Part shown: positions 1-8,962 of the stretch, one piece after another
Layout of the letters: every line of letters starts with the position of its first letter
How positions within the stretch are numbered: position 1 is the stretch's first letter
Assembly: GCF_001902295.1 (NCBI RefSeq)
Contig: NZ_CP018335.1
Location: 1,852,750 to 1,884,749 of the forward strand
Direction: 5' to 3'
DNA: 32,000 nucleotides
Source of the DNA: Clostridium kluyveri
Lineage (GTDB): Bacteria > Bacillota > Clostridia > Clostridiales > Clostridiaceae
Program-made: the position numbers and the translations under genes
Notes under the pieces: generated by a model
Database searches by the model: none
The model's input: only the letters and a program-made list of their open reading frames with translations
What the model was told of the DNA's origin: nothing

Positions 1-2219
1 TTAAAATAGAAGGAATGACATGTGCATCTTGTGCTAAAGCAGTAGAAAGAGCTGCGAAAAAGCTTGATGGCGTTATAGAATCAAGTGTTAATTTAGCCAC
101 TGAAAAATTAATTATAAGCTATGAGCCCTCAAAGATAAGAGTTATAGATATAAAGAATGCAGTAGAAGAAGCTGGTTATAAGGCAATGGAAGAAGCTGCA
201 GTAGATATGGATAAAGAGAGAAAAGAAAAAGAAATAGAACTCTTATGGAAGAAGTTCATTATATCTGCCATATTCACAGTACCCATACTTTATATGGCAA
301 TGGGTCATATGCTAGGACTTCCACTACCTGATTTTGTTAATCCCATGATGAATCCAGAAGTATTTGCTTTAACACAATTATTCTTAATTATACCTGTTAT
401 AATTGCAGGTAATAGATATTACACAATTGGGTTTAAAACACTATTTAAAGGAAGCCCTAATATGGACTCACTTATTGCAATAGGTACATCCGCAGCAGTT
501 CTTTATGGTGTATTTTCAACAGTTAAGATTATCGGTGGAGATGTAAGTTATACTAAAGACTTATATTTTGAGTCAGCAGCAGTAATTATTACTTTAATAA
601 CTCTTGGTAAATATTTAGAATCTGTTTCTAAGGGAAAGACCTCTGAAGCTATCAAGAAACTTATGGGACTTGCTCCTAAAACAGCCATAGTTATAAGAGA
701 CGAAAAAGAAAGAGAAATTACTATTGAAGAAGTAGAAGTAGGAGATGTAATAGTAGTTAAACCAGGAGAAAAGATACCTGTTGACGGAGAAGTTATTGAA
801 GGTATTACTTCAGTAGATGAATCAATGTTAACAGGTGAAAGTATTCCGGTAGAAAAAAATGCTGGAGATAAAATTATTGGGGCAAGTATAAATAAAAATG
901 GAACTATAAGATATAAAGCTACTAAAGTTGGTAAAGATACAACACTTGCCCAAATTATAAAGTTAGTAGAAGATGCTCAAGGTTCCAAAGCTCCAATTGC
1001 AAAACTTGCAGATGTTATTTCAGGGTACTTTGTCCCTATAGTTATATCTTTAGCAGTTATTTCAGGTTTAGCATGGTACTTCTTTGGTGGAGAATCAGGA
1101 ATATTTTCACTTACAATATTTATATCCGTTTTAGTAATTGCTTGTCCATGTGCCCTAGGTTTAGCTACCCCAACAGCAATTATGGTAGGTACAGGTAAAG
1201 GAGCAGAATACGGTGTTTTAATAAAAAGTGGTGTAGCACTAGAAACTGCCCATAAGATACAAACTATAGTATTTGATAAGACAGGTACTATAACAGAAGG
1301 AAAACCAAAGGTTACTGATATAGTTACTGTAAATGCTATAACTCAAAATGATTTATTACAATTAGCTGCATCATCAGAAAAAGGTTCAGAACATCCCCTT
1401 GGCGAGGCGATTGTCAAAGGCGCAGAAGAAAAAGGACTAGAATTTAAGAAGCTTGATTTCTTTAGAGCTATTCCTGGGCATGGGATTGAAGTCAAGATAG
1501 ATGGTAAAAATATATTACTCGGAAATAAAAAACTCATGGTCGAAAGCAGAATATCATTAACAGGATTAGAAAAGGCTTCAGATAACTTAGCAGAAGAAGG
1601 TAAAACTCCAATGTATATAGCTGTAGGTGAAAAAATAGCAGGAATTATAGCTGTTGCAGATACTGTTAAGGAAAATAGTAAAAAGGCAATAGAAAAGCTT
1701 CATAATATGGGAATTGAAGTAGCAATGATAACTGGAGACAATAAAAGAACTGCCGAAGCTATTGCTAAACAGGTAGGAATAGATAGAATTCTAGCAGAAG
1801 TTTTACCGCAAGACAAAGCGAGTGAAGTAAAGAAACTTCAGGATGAAGGTAAGAAAGTTGCAATGGTTGGTGATGGTATAAATGATGCTCCAGCACTAGC
1901 ACAAGCTGATATTGGTATAGCTATAGGTTCGGGAACAGACGTTGCTATGGAATCAGCAGATATAGTTCTTATGAGAAGCGATTTAATGGATGTTCCCACG
2001 GCTGTGCAATTAAGTAAAAGTACTATAAGAAATATTAAGCAAAATTTATTTTGGGCATTTGCTTATAATACAGTTGGAATACCGGTTGCAATGGGAATCT
2101 TACACATATTTGGAGGCCCACTATTAAATCCTATGATAGCAGGAGCTGCAATGAGCCTTAGTTCTGTATCAGTTTTAGCTAATGCTTTAAGATTAAAAAG
2201 ATTTAAAACAGCTAGATAA
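1..2219 (+). CDS. copA: Copper-translocating P1B-type ATPase (CopA), 5' end cut by window edge
   Basis: Frame is open from nt 3. HMA motif GMTCASC at the very start, LTGES actuator motif, CPC membrane metal site ([11 protein letters not shown]), DKTGT phosphorylation site, [12 protein letters not shown]. Followed by a CopZ-like gene. Confidence 0.95.
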   Translation, partial: KIEGMTCASCAKAVERAAKKLDGVIESSVNLATEKLIISYEPSKIRVIDIKNAVEEAGYKAMEEAAVDMDKERKEKEIELLWKKFIISAIFTVPILYMAMGHMLGLPLPDFVNPMMNPEVFALTQLFLIIPVIIAGNRYYTIGFKTLFKGSPNMDSLIAIGTSAAVLYGVFSTVKIIGGDVSYTKDLYFESAAVIITLITLGKYLESVSKGKTSEAIKKLMGLAPKTAIVIRDEKEREITIEEVEVGDVIVVKPGEKIPVDGEVIEGITSVDESMLTGESIPVEKNAGDKIIGASINKNGTIRYKATKVGKDTTLAQIIKLVEDAQGSKAPIAKLADVISGYFVPIVISLAVISGLAWYFFGGESGIFSLTIFISVLVIACPCALGLATPTAIMVGTGKGAEYGVLIKSGVALETAHKIQTIVFDKTGTITEGKPKVTDIVTVNAITQNDLLQLAASSEKGSEHPLGEAIVKGAEEKGLEFKKLDFFRAIPGHGIEVKIDGKNILLGNKKLMVESRISLTGLEKASDNLAEEGKTPMYIAVGEKIAGIIAVADTVKENSKKAIEKLHNMGIEVAMITGDNKRTAEAIAKQVGIDRILAEVLPQDKASEVKKLQDEGKKVAMVGDGINDAPALAQADIGIAIGSGTDVAMESADIVLMRSDLMDVPTAVQLSKSTIRNIKQNLFWAFAYNTVGIPVAMGILHIFGGPLLNPMIAGAAMSLSSVSVLANALRLKRFKTAR

Positions 2220-2259
2220 ATATTTAAATATAATTATATGAAATTAGGAGGAATATAAA

Positions 2260-2475
2260 ATGAAAAAGAAGATATCAATTAAAGGAATGACTTGTAGACA
2301 TTGTGCTATGCATGTTGAGGAGGCACTAAATGAAATATGTGGAGTAAAATCTGCAAAAGCCGACCTTAAAGAAAAAGATGCTGTAGTTGAGCTTGCACAT
2401 AATGTAGATGATGAAAAATTTAAGACAGCTATAGCTGATGCTGGTTATGAAGTAGTCACAATAGAGACAGTATAA
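2260..2475 (+). CDS. copZ: Copper chaperone, single HMA domain (CopZ-like)
   Basis: 71 aa with a GMTCRHC metal-binding motif and a ferredoxin-like HMA pattern. GGAGG RBS 8 nt upstream. Lies immediately downstream of copA. Confidence 0.9.
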   Translation: MKKKISIKGMTCRHCAMHVEEALNEICGVKSAKADLKEKDAVVELAHNVDDEKFKTAIADAGYEVVTIETV

Positions 2476-2612
2476 AGATTTAAAGACAGTAGGTAGATTT
2501 TTGAATGAATTCAATAGCTACTTAGAATCACAGGTAAGACAACTAAAATAAGGAGTGATAGCATATTAATAGTGTATTTTGTTTTTAGGAATTAATAGTG
2601 CTAATTTAGATT

Positions 2613-2656
2613 AAAGCTGTTGGTAAGAATTTCAACAACAGCCTTTTCATTTTTTG
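2613..2656 (+). terminator. Rho-independent terminator after copZ (copy A of a ~70-bp repeat)
   Basis: Stem GCTGTTG (2616-2622) pairs with CAACAGC (2636-2642), followed by TTTTCATTTTTT. Confidence 0.7.
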
Positions 2657-2787
2657 TATGTTATAGCATTTGGAATTTTGTAGGTTTATTCTAGGCTTTG
2701 TTCCAAGGGTTCTAATAACCCTCAATGAGCCTATAAGCAATTGATTTGCTGGAGACTTAGAAACAATAAATGTTGATATGTGGTAAT

Positions 2788-2820
2788 TTTCATAAAACTT
2801 TTACAATATAGTGATATAAT
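2788..2820 (+). promoter_or_regulatory. Candidate response-regulator box (TTTCAT-N5-TTTTAC) overlapping the -35 position, plus an extended -10 (TGaTATAAT) for the TCS operon
   Basis: Direct hexamer repeat with 11-bp phasing at 2788-2804. TATAAT at 2815-2820. Same motif and the same 27-nt geometry as at 4985-5017. Confidence 0.45.
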
Positions 2821-2855
2821 AAAAATTTAAATTTTTATTTAGAGAAGGTGATATA

Positions 2856-3527
2856 GTGGATAAAAGACATATTTTAGTAGTTGATGATGAAAAAGCGCTG
2901 CGAAGTTTAATGCGAGATTACCTTATAAAAGCAAATTACAGCGTCTCAGAAGCTGCAAATGGAGAAGATGCTGTAGAAGTATTTTTCAATCAAAAAATTG
3001 ATTTAATCATACTTGATATAATGATGCCTAGAATGAATGGTTATGAGGTGTTGACAGAGATTAGAAAACACACAGATGTTCCTGTAATTATGCTTACCGC
3101 AAAAGATGATGAGGAAAGTGAAATATTAGGTTTTAATCTCAAAGCCGATGATTATGTAACTAAGCCGTTTTCGGCAAAGGCTCTTATGGCAAGAATAGAA
3201 GCGGTTTTCAGGCGTTATTTAAAAGAAGGGGAGCATGAAAGAATAGGAGTTCTAGAATATCATAAGAGCAAGTATGATATCATATTGGATAATAAGCCAT
3301 TGAACCTGACTAAAAGGGAGTTTGAATTGTTTACATATTTATTTATAAACAAAGGGATTGTTTTAACCAGAGAAAAAATTTTAAATAATGTCTGGGGATT
3401 TAATTATGAGGGAGACATTCGAACAGTGGATGTATATATAAAAGAACTTAGAAAAAAGCTGACTAATAAAGCTGATTATATAAAGACCATAAGAGGGGTA
3501 GGGTATGAATTTGAGGTGAAACAATGA
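2856..3527 (+). CDS. OmpR/PhoB-family response regulator
   Basis: REC domain (VVDDE, DLIILDIMMP, acceptor-Asp context, KPF) and a C-terminal winged-helix (LTKREFELFTYL, VWGFNYEGDIRTVDVYIKELRKKL). GTG start. Stop overlaps the kinase start (ATGA). Confidence 0.9.
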   Translation: MDKRHILVVDDEKALRSLMRDYLIKANYSVSEAANGEDAVEVFFNQKIDLIILDIMMPRMNGYEVLTEIRKHTDVPVIMLTAKDDEESEILGFNLKADDYVTKPFSAKALMARIEAVFRRYLKEGEHERIGVLEYHKSKYDIILDNKPLNLTKREFELFTYLFINKGIVLTREKILNNVWGFNYEGDIRTVDVYIKELRKKLTNKADYIKTIRGVGYEFEVKQ

Positions 3528-4951
3528 AACGATCTATTAAGATGAATATGTTTTTCGTTCTCAGTGGTCTCATTTTGGTAATGGTGCTTTTGTACTATAT
3601 AACTAATGCAGTATTTCTTGAAAAATATTATACGTATAAAAAGATAAGTTTTATGACAAGCAATTATGAGCATCTGCACCAGCTATACAGTAATAACAAC
3701 AATGCTTTTGAGGAAGAATTAAATACTCTTATCTACGATCATAATATAAATATTTTTGTATATCCTCAGGAAGATATGACATCTGGAATATTCCCAAGGA
3801 TTCTTACACTTCTGAACAGCAAAGCATTGATACAAAGAAGTAGTATATTAAAAAAGACTGAAGATTATACCATTAGAAAAATATCCCTTAAGAAAATGTC
3901 TTCTGAAATTATTTTATTTGCTGGAAACTTAAAAGGCAATGAGAAATTAATAATGTATCTCCCAGTAGCATCAATTAGCAGCAGTGCGGAAATCTTTAAT
4001 GAATTTTTGTTATATGTAGCACTAGCTGCATTAATAATAGGTATAGTAATTTCAATTATTATGGCAGAAAAGTTAACCAAGCCAATAACTGAAATTTCTA
4101 GAATGTCTGAGAACATGAAATTACTAGATTTCACCGGCAGGTATAAGGGAAATAGAAAAGATGAAATACAGGATTTGGGAGAAAATATGAATGTACTTTC
4201 CAAAATATTAGACAATACCATAACAGAGCTTAAAAATAAAAACAATAAGCTGGCACTTGATATTCATCAAAAAGATAGGATTGAAAAAATGCGTAAGAAG
4301 TTTTTACAAAATGCCTCACATCAGTTGAAGACGCCTATTACCATTGTAAAGGGCTATGCGGAGGGCCTTATGGATAATGTAGCGGATGATGAGGAAAGCA
4401 GAATAAATTATGCATCCACAATATATAAAGAAGCGGAAAACATGGAGGAATTAGTCATGAAAATCCTATCCCTTGCCCGTCTTGAAACAGATGACTATAA
4501 CCTAAAATTAGAGCGTTTTGACATAAATAAACTTATTGATGAGGTCATTGAAAGGTATGCTCCACTATTTGAACAACGTCAGATAATACCTAAATTTATT
4601 CATTATGATAAAGTTTTTGCTTATGCTGATAGAAATTTGATTTCCGATGTTGTATCTAACTATTTAACCAATGCTATTCATCATGTAGATGAAAATAAGG
4701 AAATAAATATTTCTGTGAGTATATGTAAAAGTTACACACGAATTGAGGTCTATAATTCTGGCAAAAATATTCCCCTAGAGGAAATAGAAAATATTTGGCA
4801 GAGTTTTTATAAACTTGAACATAAAGATGGATATAAAGGAAGTGGTCTAGGTCTTTCTATTGTTTCTGCAATAATGGAATTGCACAATTGTGAATATGGA
4901 GTTGTAAATCAAAATAGAGGAGTTGTATTCTGGTTTCAATTGGGAAGTTAA
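3524..4951 (+). CDS. Sensor histidine kinase (2 TM, HAMP-like linker, HisKA, HATPase_c)
   Basis: TM segments FFVLSGLILVMVLLYYI and LLYVALAALIIGIVISIIM. H-box SHQLKTPIT, N-box YLTNAIHH, G-box GSGLGLSIV. Translationally coupled to the regulator. Confidence 0.9.
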   Translation: MKRSIKMNMFFVLSGLILVMVLLYYITNAVFLEKYYTYKKISFMTSNYEHLHQLYSNNNNAFEEELNTLIYDHNINIFVYPQEDMTSGIFPRILTLLNSKALIQRSSILKKTEDYTIRKISLKKMSSEIILFAGNLKGNEKLIMYLPVASISSSAEIFNEFLLYVALAALIIGIVISIIMAEKLTKPITEISRMSENMKLLDFTGRYKGNRKDEIQDLGENMNVLSKILDNTITELKNKNNKLALDIHQKDRIEKMRKKFLQNASHQLKTPITIVKGYAEGLMDNVADDEESRINYASTIYKEAENMEELVMKILSLARLETDDYNLKLERFDINKLIDEVIERYAPLFEQRQIIPKFIHYDKVFAYADRNLISDVVSNYLTNAIHHVDENKEINISVSICKSYTRIEVYNSGKNIPLEEIENIWQSFYKLEHKDGYKGSGLGLSIVSAIMELHNCEYGVVNQNRGVVFWFQLGS

Positions 4952-4984
4952 TTTTTATAAAAATAATATAAAATACGGTATTAC

Positions 4985-5017
4985 TTTCATAAAAGTTTCA
5001 TACTGCTGTCCTATACT
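4985..5017 (+). promoter_or_regulatory. Candidate response-regulator box (TTTCAT-N5-TTTCAT) plus -10 TATACT upstream of the secreted repeat protein gene
   Basis: Direct repeats at 4985-4990 and 4996-5001. -10-like TATACT at 5012-5017. The first repeat lies 27 nt from the -10, identical to the arrangement at 2788-2820. Confidence 0.45.
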
Positions 5018-5087
5018 GAAATTGTAAAATTAAAAAAAGATTTTACAAAAATAAAAAACGTGCCAGAAGCACAAGGAGGTTTTAAAT

Positions 5088-5552
5088 ATGAAGAAGGCAA
5101 AATTTTTATCAGGGGTATTAGCAAGTGCACTGATTTTAAGCAGTACAGCAGTATTTGCGGCTGACAATCAAAAACAATCACAAGGTGATGGGATAACTGC
5201 AGCGCAGCAGGCGAGCAGTTCATCTTTACAGCTTACTGAAAAATTGAATACAAGAATTGAGGAAGCAGTGTCATCAGGTAAGATCACGCAGGAGCAGGCG
5301 GATAAAATAAAAGAAAGACTGAGTAGTTCCCAAACAAAATCTAAGCTTCAGGCTTCTTTTAATGGAGACATGGGAAAATTAACAGAAAGACTGGATACTG
5401 CAGTGAAGGAGGGCAAAATAACACAAGAACAAGTAGATAAAATACTAGCAAAGCTTAATCAGAGAAAAGCAGATGTGAAAAGTAAAATTGATGCAGCTGT
5501 AAAATCAGGAAAAATAACACAGGAACAAGCGAACAACTTTCTTAATAACTAA
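5088..5552 (+). CDS. Secreted small repeat protein with three (A)V-x-x-GKITQEQ-x-(D/N) helical repeats (possibly YckD/DUF2680-like)
   Basis: Signal peptide MKKAKFLSGVLASALILSSTAVFA|AD. Three copies of the GKITQEQ(A/V)(D/N) motif. AGGAGG RBS. The DUF2680 assignment is from memory only. Confidence 0.75.
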   Translation: MKKAKFLSGVLASALILSSTAVFAADNQKQSQGDGITAAQQASSSSLQLTEKLNTRIEEAVSSGKITQEQADKIKERLSSSQTKSKLQASFNGDMGKLTERLDTAVKEGKITQEQVDKILAKLNQRKADVKSKIDAAVKSGKITQEQANNFLNN

Positions 5553-5676
5553 TGAAGTAGCAACTTTAAAATCCTAATTTACTATTACAAGCATAAAAAG
5601 CACCTAATTTCTTATTTGAGGTGACCCCTTAAAGTTAGACTTTATTGCGTATCAGTTTTTACTGGTACGCAATTTG

Positions 5677-6477
5677 TTATGCAATATTAAGCCAGATCCT
5701 GTATTCTACAGGACTCATCCAGTTTAATGATTGCTTAATTCTTCGTTCATTATAATATCGTATATATTCTTCAATAGCAGATTTCAACTCATCGTAATTA
5801 TAATAAACAACACCATAATACATTTCTTGTTTCATAATCCCAAAGAAGTTTTCCATTACTGAATTGTCATGGCAATTCCCTTTACGTGACATACTTTGAT
5901 ATATTCTGTTTGCTTCTAAAGCGTGTGCATATGCCTTCATCTGATAAGCCCAACCTTGGTCAGAATGAAAGGTTCTGCGATACTTGCAGTCAACAGTTAT
6001 TTCTATGGCTTTATTTAAAGCATTCATTATATTTACTGCGGAAGGATTCTGTGAAATTCCATAACTTATGATCTCTCGATTATACAAGTCCATAAATGGG
6101 TCAAGATAAAGTTTCTTTATTGCCATTCTTCCTTTTTCATCAACCTCATAATACTTAAATTCAGAAGTATCTGTAGTGATCTTTTGATGTGGAATACTCG
6201 TGCCAAATCGACGACGAAGCCTGTTTGGTGTGACCTTACCCACCTTACCTTTATATGAGCTATATTTTCTGCTCTTTCGGGTAAATGAAGTTACCTGAAT
6301 TCCCAATTTCTGAACAATCCGTTGTACTTTCTTGTGATTCACAGCTATCCCTTGTTTCTGCAATTTACCATAAATTCGTCTATATCCAAAATCTTTATGT
6401 TCTTTACGAATCTGAAGAATTAACTGTTCTAGTTCCTCATCTGGATTTTTACGATTAAATCTTTGTTGCCAGTACAT
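5677..6477 (-). CDS. IS3-family transposase OrfB (DDE/RNase H-fold), expressed as an OrfAB fusion by -1 frameshift
   Basis: DDE region (TDTSEF..., HSDQGWAY, NCHDNSVMENFFG). The -1 frame stays open upstream of the first ATG back to C-AAA-AAG at 6558-6564. The predicted fusion reads ...PQNKKARIIHSLRGEFKLKDILAITCYPKATYMYWQQ... Confidence 0.9.
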   Translation of the reverse strand: MYWQQRFNRKNPDEELEQLILQIRKEHKDFGYRRIYGKLQKQGIAVNHKKVQRIVQKLGIQVTSFTRKSRKYSSYKGKVGKVTPNRLRRRFGTSIPHQKITTDTSEFKYYEVDEKGRMAIKKLYLDPFMDLYNREIISYGISQNPSAVNIMNALNKAIEITVDCKYRRTFHSDQGWAYQMKAYAHALEANRIYQSMSRKGNCHDNSVMENFFGIMKQEMYYGVVYYNYDELKSAIEEYIRYYNERRIKQSLNWMSPVEYRIWLNIA

Positions 6478-6518
6478 ATATGTGGCTTTCGGATAACATG
6501 TAATTGCGAGAATATCTT

Positions 6519-7085
6519 TTAATTTGAATTCTCCTCGGAGGCTGTGGATGATTCTCGCTTTTTGTTCTGAGGTATTCCCTCTAAACGCAGCCTCCTCAGT
6601 TCTTTTAAATAGGCATTCTCGATTCGTAGTTTAAGATTTTCTTCTTCAAGTTGTTTAAGGTATTCTGCATCTGTATTTATTTTTCTACTCTTATCAGAAC
6701 TAATATCTTTCGGTTGTACCACTTGTGGTCGCCGCCCTTTCATTTTGGGTTTCAAGGCATCAGGACCAGCTATTCTGTAATCATTTACCCACTTGCTTAT
6801 TAATGCTGGATTATTTATTCCAACTTGTAGGGCTAATCCCTGATATGAAACTTCAGTTGTTAAGTATGATTCTACAACATGGAGCTTAAAATCTAAAGAG
6901 TAAGTTTGATTTTCTCGTTTTCTTATTAATCCATCAGACCCAAACGCATTGTATGCTGCAATCCATTTTCGTAAATCTTTTGTAGAAGGAATATTATATT
7001 TTTTTGATAGAAAAGAAACGCCTCCTGCACCTTCTAGATATTCTTGCACAACTTTCATCTTAAATTCATAACTATATTTTGCCAT
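6519..7085 (-). CDS. IS3-family transposase OrfA (double HTH plus leucine-zipper region)
   Basis: 188 aa with HTH-like N-terminal halves and a coiled-coil LKQLEEENLKLRIENAYLKEL. Ends just downstream of the slippery site CAAAAAG (6558-6564, minus strand). Confidence 0.9.
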   Translation of the reverse strand: MAKYSYEFKMKVVQEYLEGAGGVSFLSKKYNIPSTKDLRKWIAAYNAFGSDGLIRKRENQTYSLDFKLHVVESYLTTEVSYQGLALQVGINNPALISKWVNDYRIAGPDALKPKMKGRRPQVVQPKDISSDKSRKINTDAEYLKQLEEENLKLRIENAYLKELRRLRLEGIPQNKKRESSTASEENSN

Positions 7086-7448
7086 ATAAAAACCGACCTC
7101 CCATCAGCTAGCGTTTATGTCTAACTTCTGGGGGTCGGTTCATATTCCACATTAGGTGCTTATCTGTTTTTTTGTACGTTTTTGTATTTCTTTAAAAATA
7201 TCCCTTAGATAGTTTTTTATCTTTATGAATATAGACAATTTTGCTTTTTACACATTCATATTTATCTCAGGTTTTTTTCAACTTTTGATTTAACCCACTT
7301 TATGCTCACAGTTAAGAGGTCTAATAAATAAATTTTAAGGTGAGTTAATAAATCTTCATTTTATCTACATAACTCTGCTATATACTATACACGAATAATA
7401 AAAATTAAAAAATTTGACATGTTTTAATATTGAAAAGAGGTGTTTAGT

Positions 7449-7691
7449 TTGGAATTCTTAGCAAATAACTGGTTCTACTTTTTAATATTTGGAGTAATGA
7501 TATACATGATGTCCAAAGGAGGCGGATGCTGCGGAGGCGGGCATACAAATCATAATGGATACGGAGATTCTCATGAAGGTGGGTGCTGCGGAGGTGGGCA
7601 TATGAATCATAAAAATATGAAGAAAGATTATGAAGAACACAGTGCAGAATATATTGAGAATTCAGTAGATATGGCACGAGATCCTGTGTAA
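7449..7691 (+). CDS. Small membrane protein with two GGCCGGGH-x-NH metal-binding-like motifs (DUF2933-like)
   Basis: One N-terminal TM segment (NNWFYFLIFGVMIYMM), then KGGGCCGGGHTNHNG and EGGCCGGGHMNHKN. The ORF track starts at GTG 7440, which abuts the GAGG RBS. TTG 7449 is 8 nt from the RBS and is preferred. The start is uncertain. Confidence 0.7.
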   Translation: MEFLANNWFYFLIFGVMIYMMSKGGGCCGGGHTNHNGYGDSHEGGCCGGGHMNHKNMKKDYEEHSAEYIENSVDMARDPV

Positions 7692-7757
7692 GGCATTTTA
7701 TTTGTAAAAATAGATAAGTATATAGATTGAACAAGAATTTTAGGAGGAGAGATTAAT

Positions 7758-7994
7758 ATGATGCACGGATATTGGGGATGGGGAATGATGTCTATGATGA
7801 TTGTATGTTTTTTACTTATAATCGCTATAGTAGTATTTTTCATGAGATCATTTAATGGTAGAAGCGATTACCGACGTGATAAGGAACCAATTGAAATATT
7901 GAACGAAAAATTAGCATCCGGTGAAATAGGTGAAGAAGAATATAAAAGAAAAAAGCAAATATTAACTGAAAAATATGACATTTCTAAGAATTAA
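7758..7994 (+). CDS. SHOCT-domain membrane protein
   Basis: An N-terminal TM segment rich in Met, Trp and Gly (MMHGYWGWGMMSMMIVCFLLIIAIVVFF) and a C-terminal SHOCT-like LNEKLASGEIGEEEYKRKKQIL. AGGAGG RBS. Confidence 0.8.
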   Translation: MMHGYWGWGMMSMMIVCFLLIIAIVVFFMRSFNGRSDYRRDKEPIEILNEKLASGEIGEEEYKRKKQILTEKYDISKN

Positions 7995-8011
7995 TTGTAT
8001 CAATCTAGGTT

Positions 8012-8056
8012 AAGGCTGTCGGCAAGAATTTCAACAACAGCATTTTCATTTTTTGT
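8012..8056 (+). terminator. Rho-independent terminator after the SHOCT gene (copy B of the ~70-bp repeat)
   Basis: Stem GCTGTCG (8015-8021) pairs with CAACAGC (8035-8041) with one mismatch, followed by TTTTCATTTTTT. The region 8010-8079 is ~85% identical to 2611-2680. Confidence 0.65.
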
Positions 8057-8248
8057 ATATTAGAGCATTTGAAATATCATATATATAATGTTAATAAATT
8101 AAAAATATTATATAAAATATATATTTATTAATTAAATCCATTCGATAATTTAGTTGATATACACTTCAAACAAAGGTTTTTAAGCTGGCTTCTTAAGAAC
8201 AAGGAAAGAAACCTAATAAAAAATGAAGTGATTTTTTGGAGGGTGATT

Positions 8249-8854
8249 ATGACAGGAAAGACACATGCAGCGGTGGGACTTTGCGGAGCGGCGTTTTTAT
8301 TAGTTCCTAAAACAAGTATAGAAACTTCTATTATAGGTTTGGGTTTTGTGGTATTGGGATCATATGCCACAGATGCAGATTTGAAAATGTCTAAAGCAGG
8401 CCATGTTATAAGTGATATTATACATATGGCTATTTTGTTGTTAGGATTATATTTGGCGGATACATATCTGTTTCATTACAATGTTATAAATTTAATAAGT
8501 AAAAATATGCCCGGGCCGCTGAAAATAATAGGTATTATATTTATAATTGGCTCAATAGTTTTGGGAAGAATAACAGGTCATAGAAAATATATGCACAGCT
8601 TATTAGGCTTTATGACCATGACTATGGGAGTATGGCTCATTGCAGGGGAGTTTGCCGTTTGGTTTGCACTTGGATATGCACTGCATATGTTATTTGATTT
8701 ATTAAATGAAAAGCCAGAATATCTATTATTTCCATTACCTGTGGGAGGTTTCTGCTTTTCACTGGTCAGTTCTAGAGGTGCGGCAAATACTATGATATCT
8801 ATTATTAGTTATACTGCTTTTTTGTTTAAAATAGCATACATATGTATAACTTAA
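8249..8854 (+). CDS. YdjM/DUF457-like membrane-bound metal-dependent hydrolase
   Basis: Polytopic membrane protein. MTGKTHAAVG start, DADLKMSK and GHRKYMHSLLG motifs resembling the YdjM family. GGAGGG RBS 5 nt before ATG 8249, so the track start at 8228 is less likely. Confidence 0.65.
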   Translation: MTGKTHAAVGLCGAAFLLVPKTSIETSIIGLGFVVLGSYATDADLKMSKAGHVISDIIHMAILLLGLYLADTYLFHYNVINLISKNMPGPLKIIGIIFIIGSIVLGRITGHRKYMHSLLGFMTMTMGVWLIAGEFAVWFALGYALHMLFDLLNEKPEYLLFPLPVGGFCFSLVSSRGAANTMISIISYTAFLFKIAYICIT

Positions 8855-8962
8855 AACATTTTTATAAGCATTTTTAAACAGAACAGGCAGCTTACCTTGT
8901 GGGTCAGCTGTCTATTTTGTGTTTGTTTTTTGAAAGACAAAAGATTAGTATTTTGTTATTAA

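Larger units (their letters stand above)
5617..7142 (-). mobile_element. IS3-family (IS150-group-like) insertion sequence, 1,526 bp, apparently intact
   Basis: Imperfect 24-bp terminal IRs, 18/24 matching: TGAGGTGACCCCTTAAAGTTAGAC at 5617 versus the reverse complement of 7119-7142, TGAACCGACCCCCAGAAGTTAGAC. 4-bp direct repeat TATT at 5613-5616 and 7143-7146. orfA/orfB layout with a frameshift site. Confidence 0.85.

Noticed and set aside
1343-1537. Short antisense ORFs inside well-supported genes: 1343-1537, 2326-2514, 3476-3679, 3865-4245, 5011-5223, 5886-6071, 7444-7734, 7628-7843, 8128-8370, 9085-9279, 9365-9547, 9513-9704, 12520-12816, 13111-13407, 14183-14539, 16051-16233, 17101-17292, 20929-21162, 23667-23915, 23683-23880, 24512-24724, 24943-25128
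   Set aside because: Each lies wholly or largely opposite, or out of frame within, a gene with strong motif support, except 9085-9279, which lies in the AT-rich regulatory intergenic region upstream of the surface-protein gene. All lack an RBS and have the low-complexity Ile/Phe/Leu/Ser-rich composition expected from random frames in AT-rich DNA.
7143-7440. Search for CopY (TACAnnTGTA) or CsoR-type operators upstream of the CCGGGH/SHOCT genes
   Set aside because: No convincing match was found by eye. Only generic AT-rich short palindromes are present. The copper regulator and its operator probably lie upstream of copA, outside the window.
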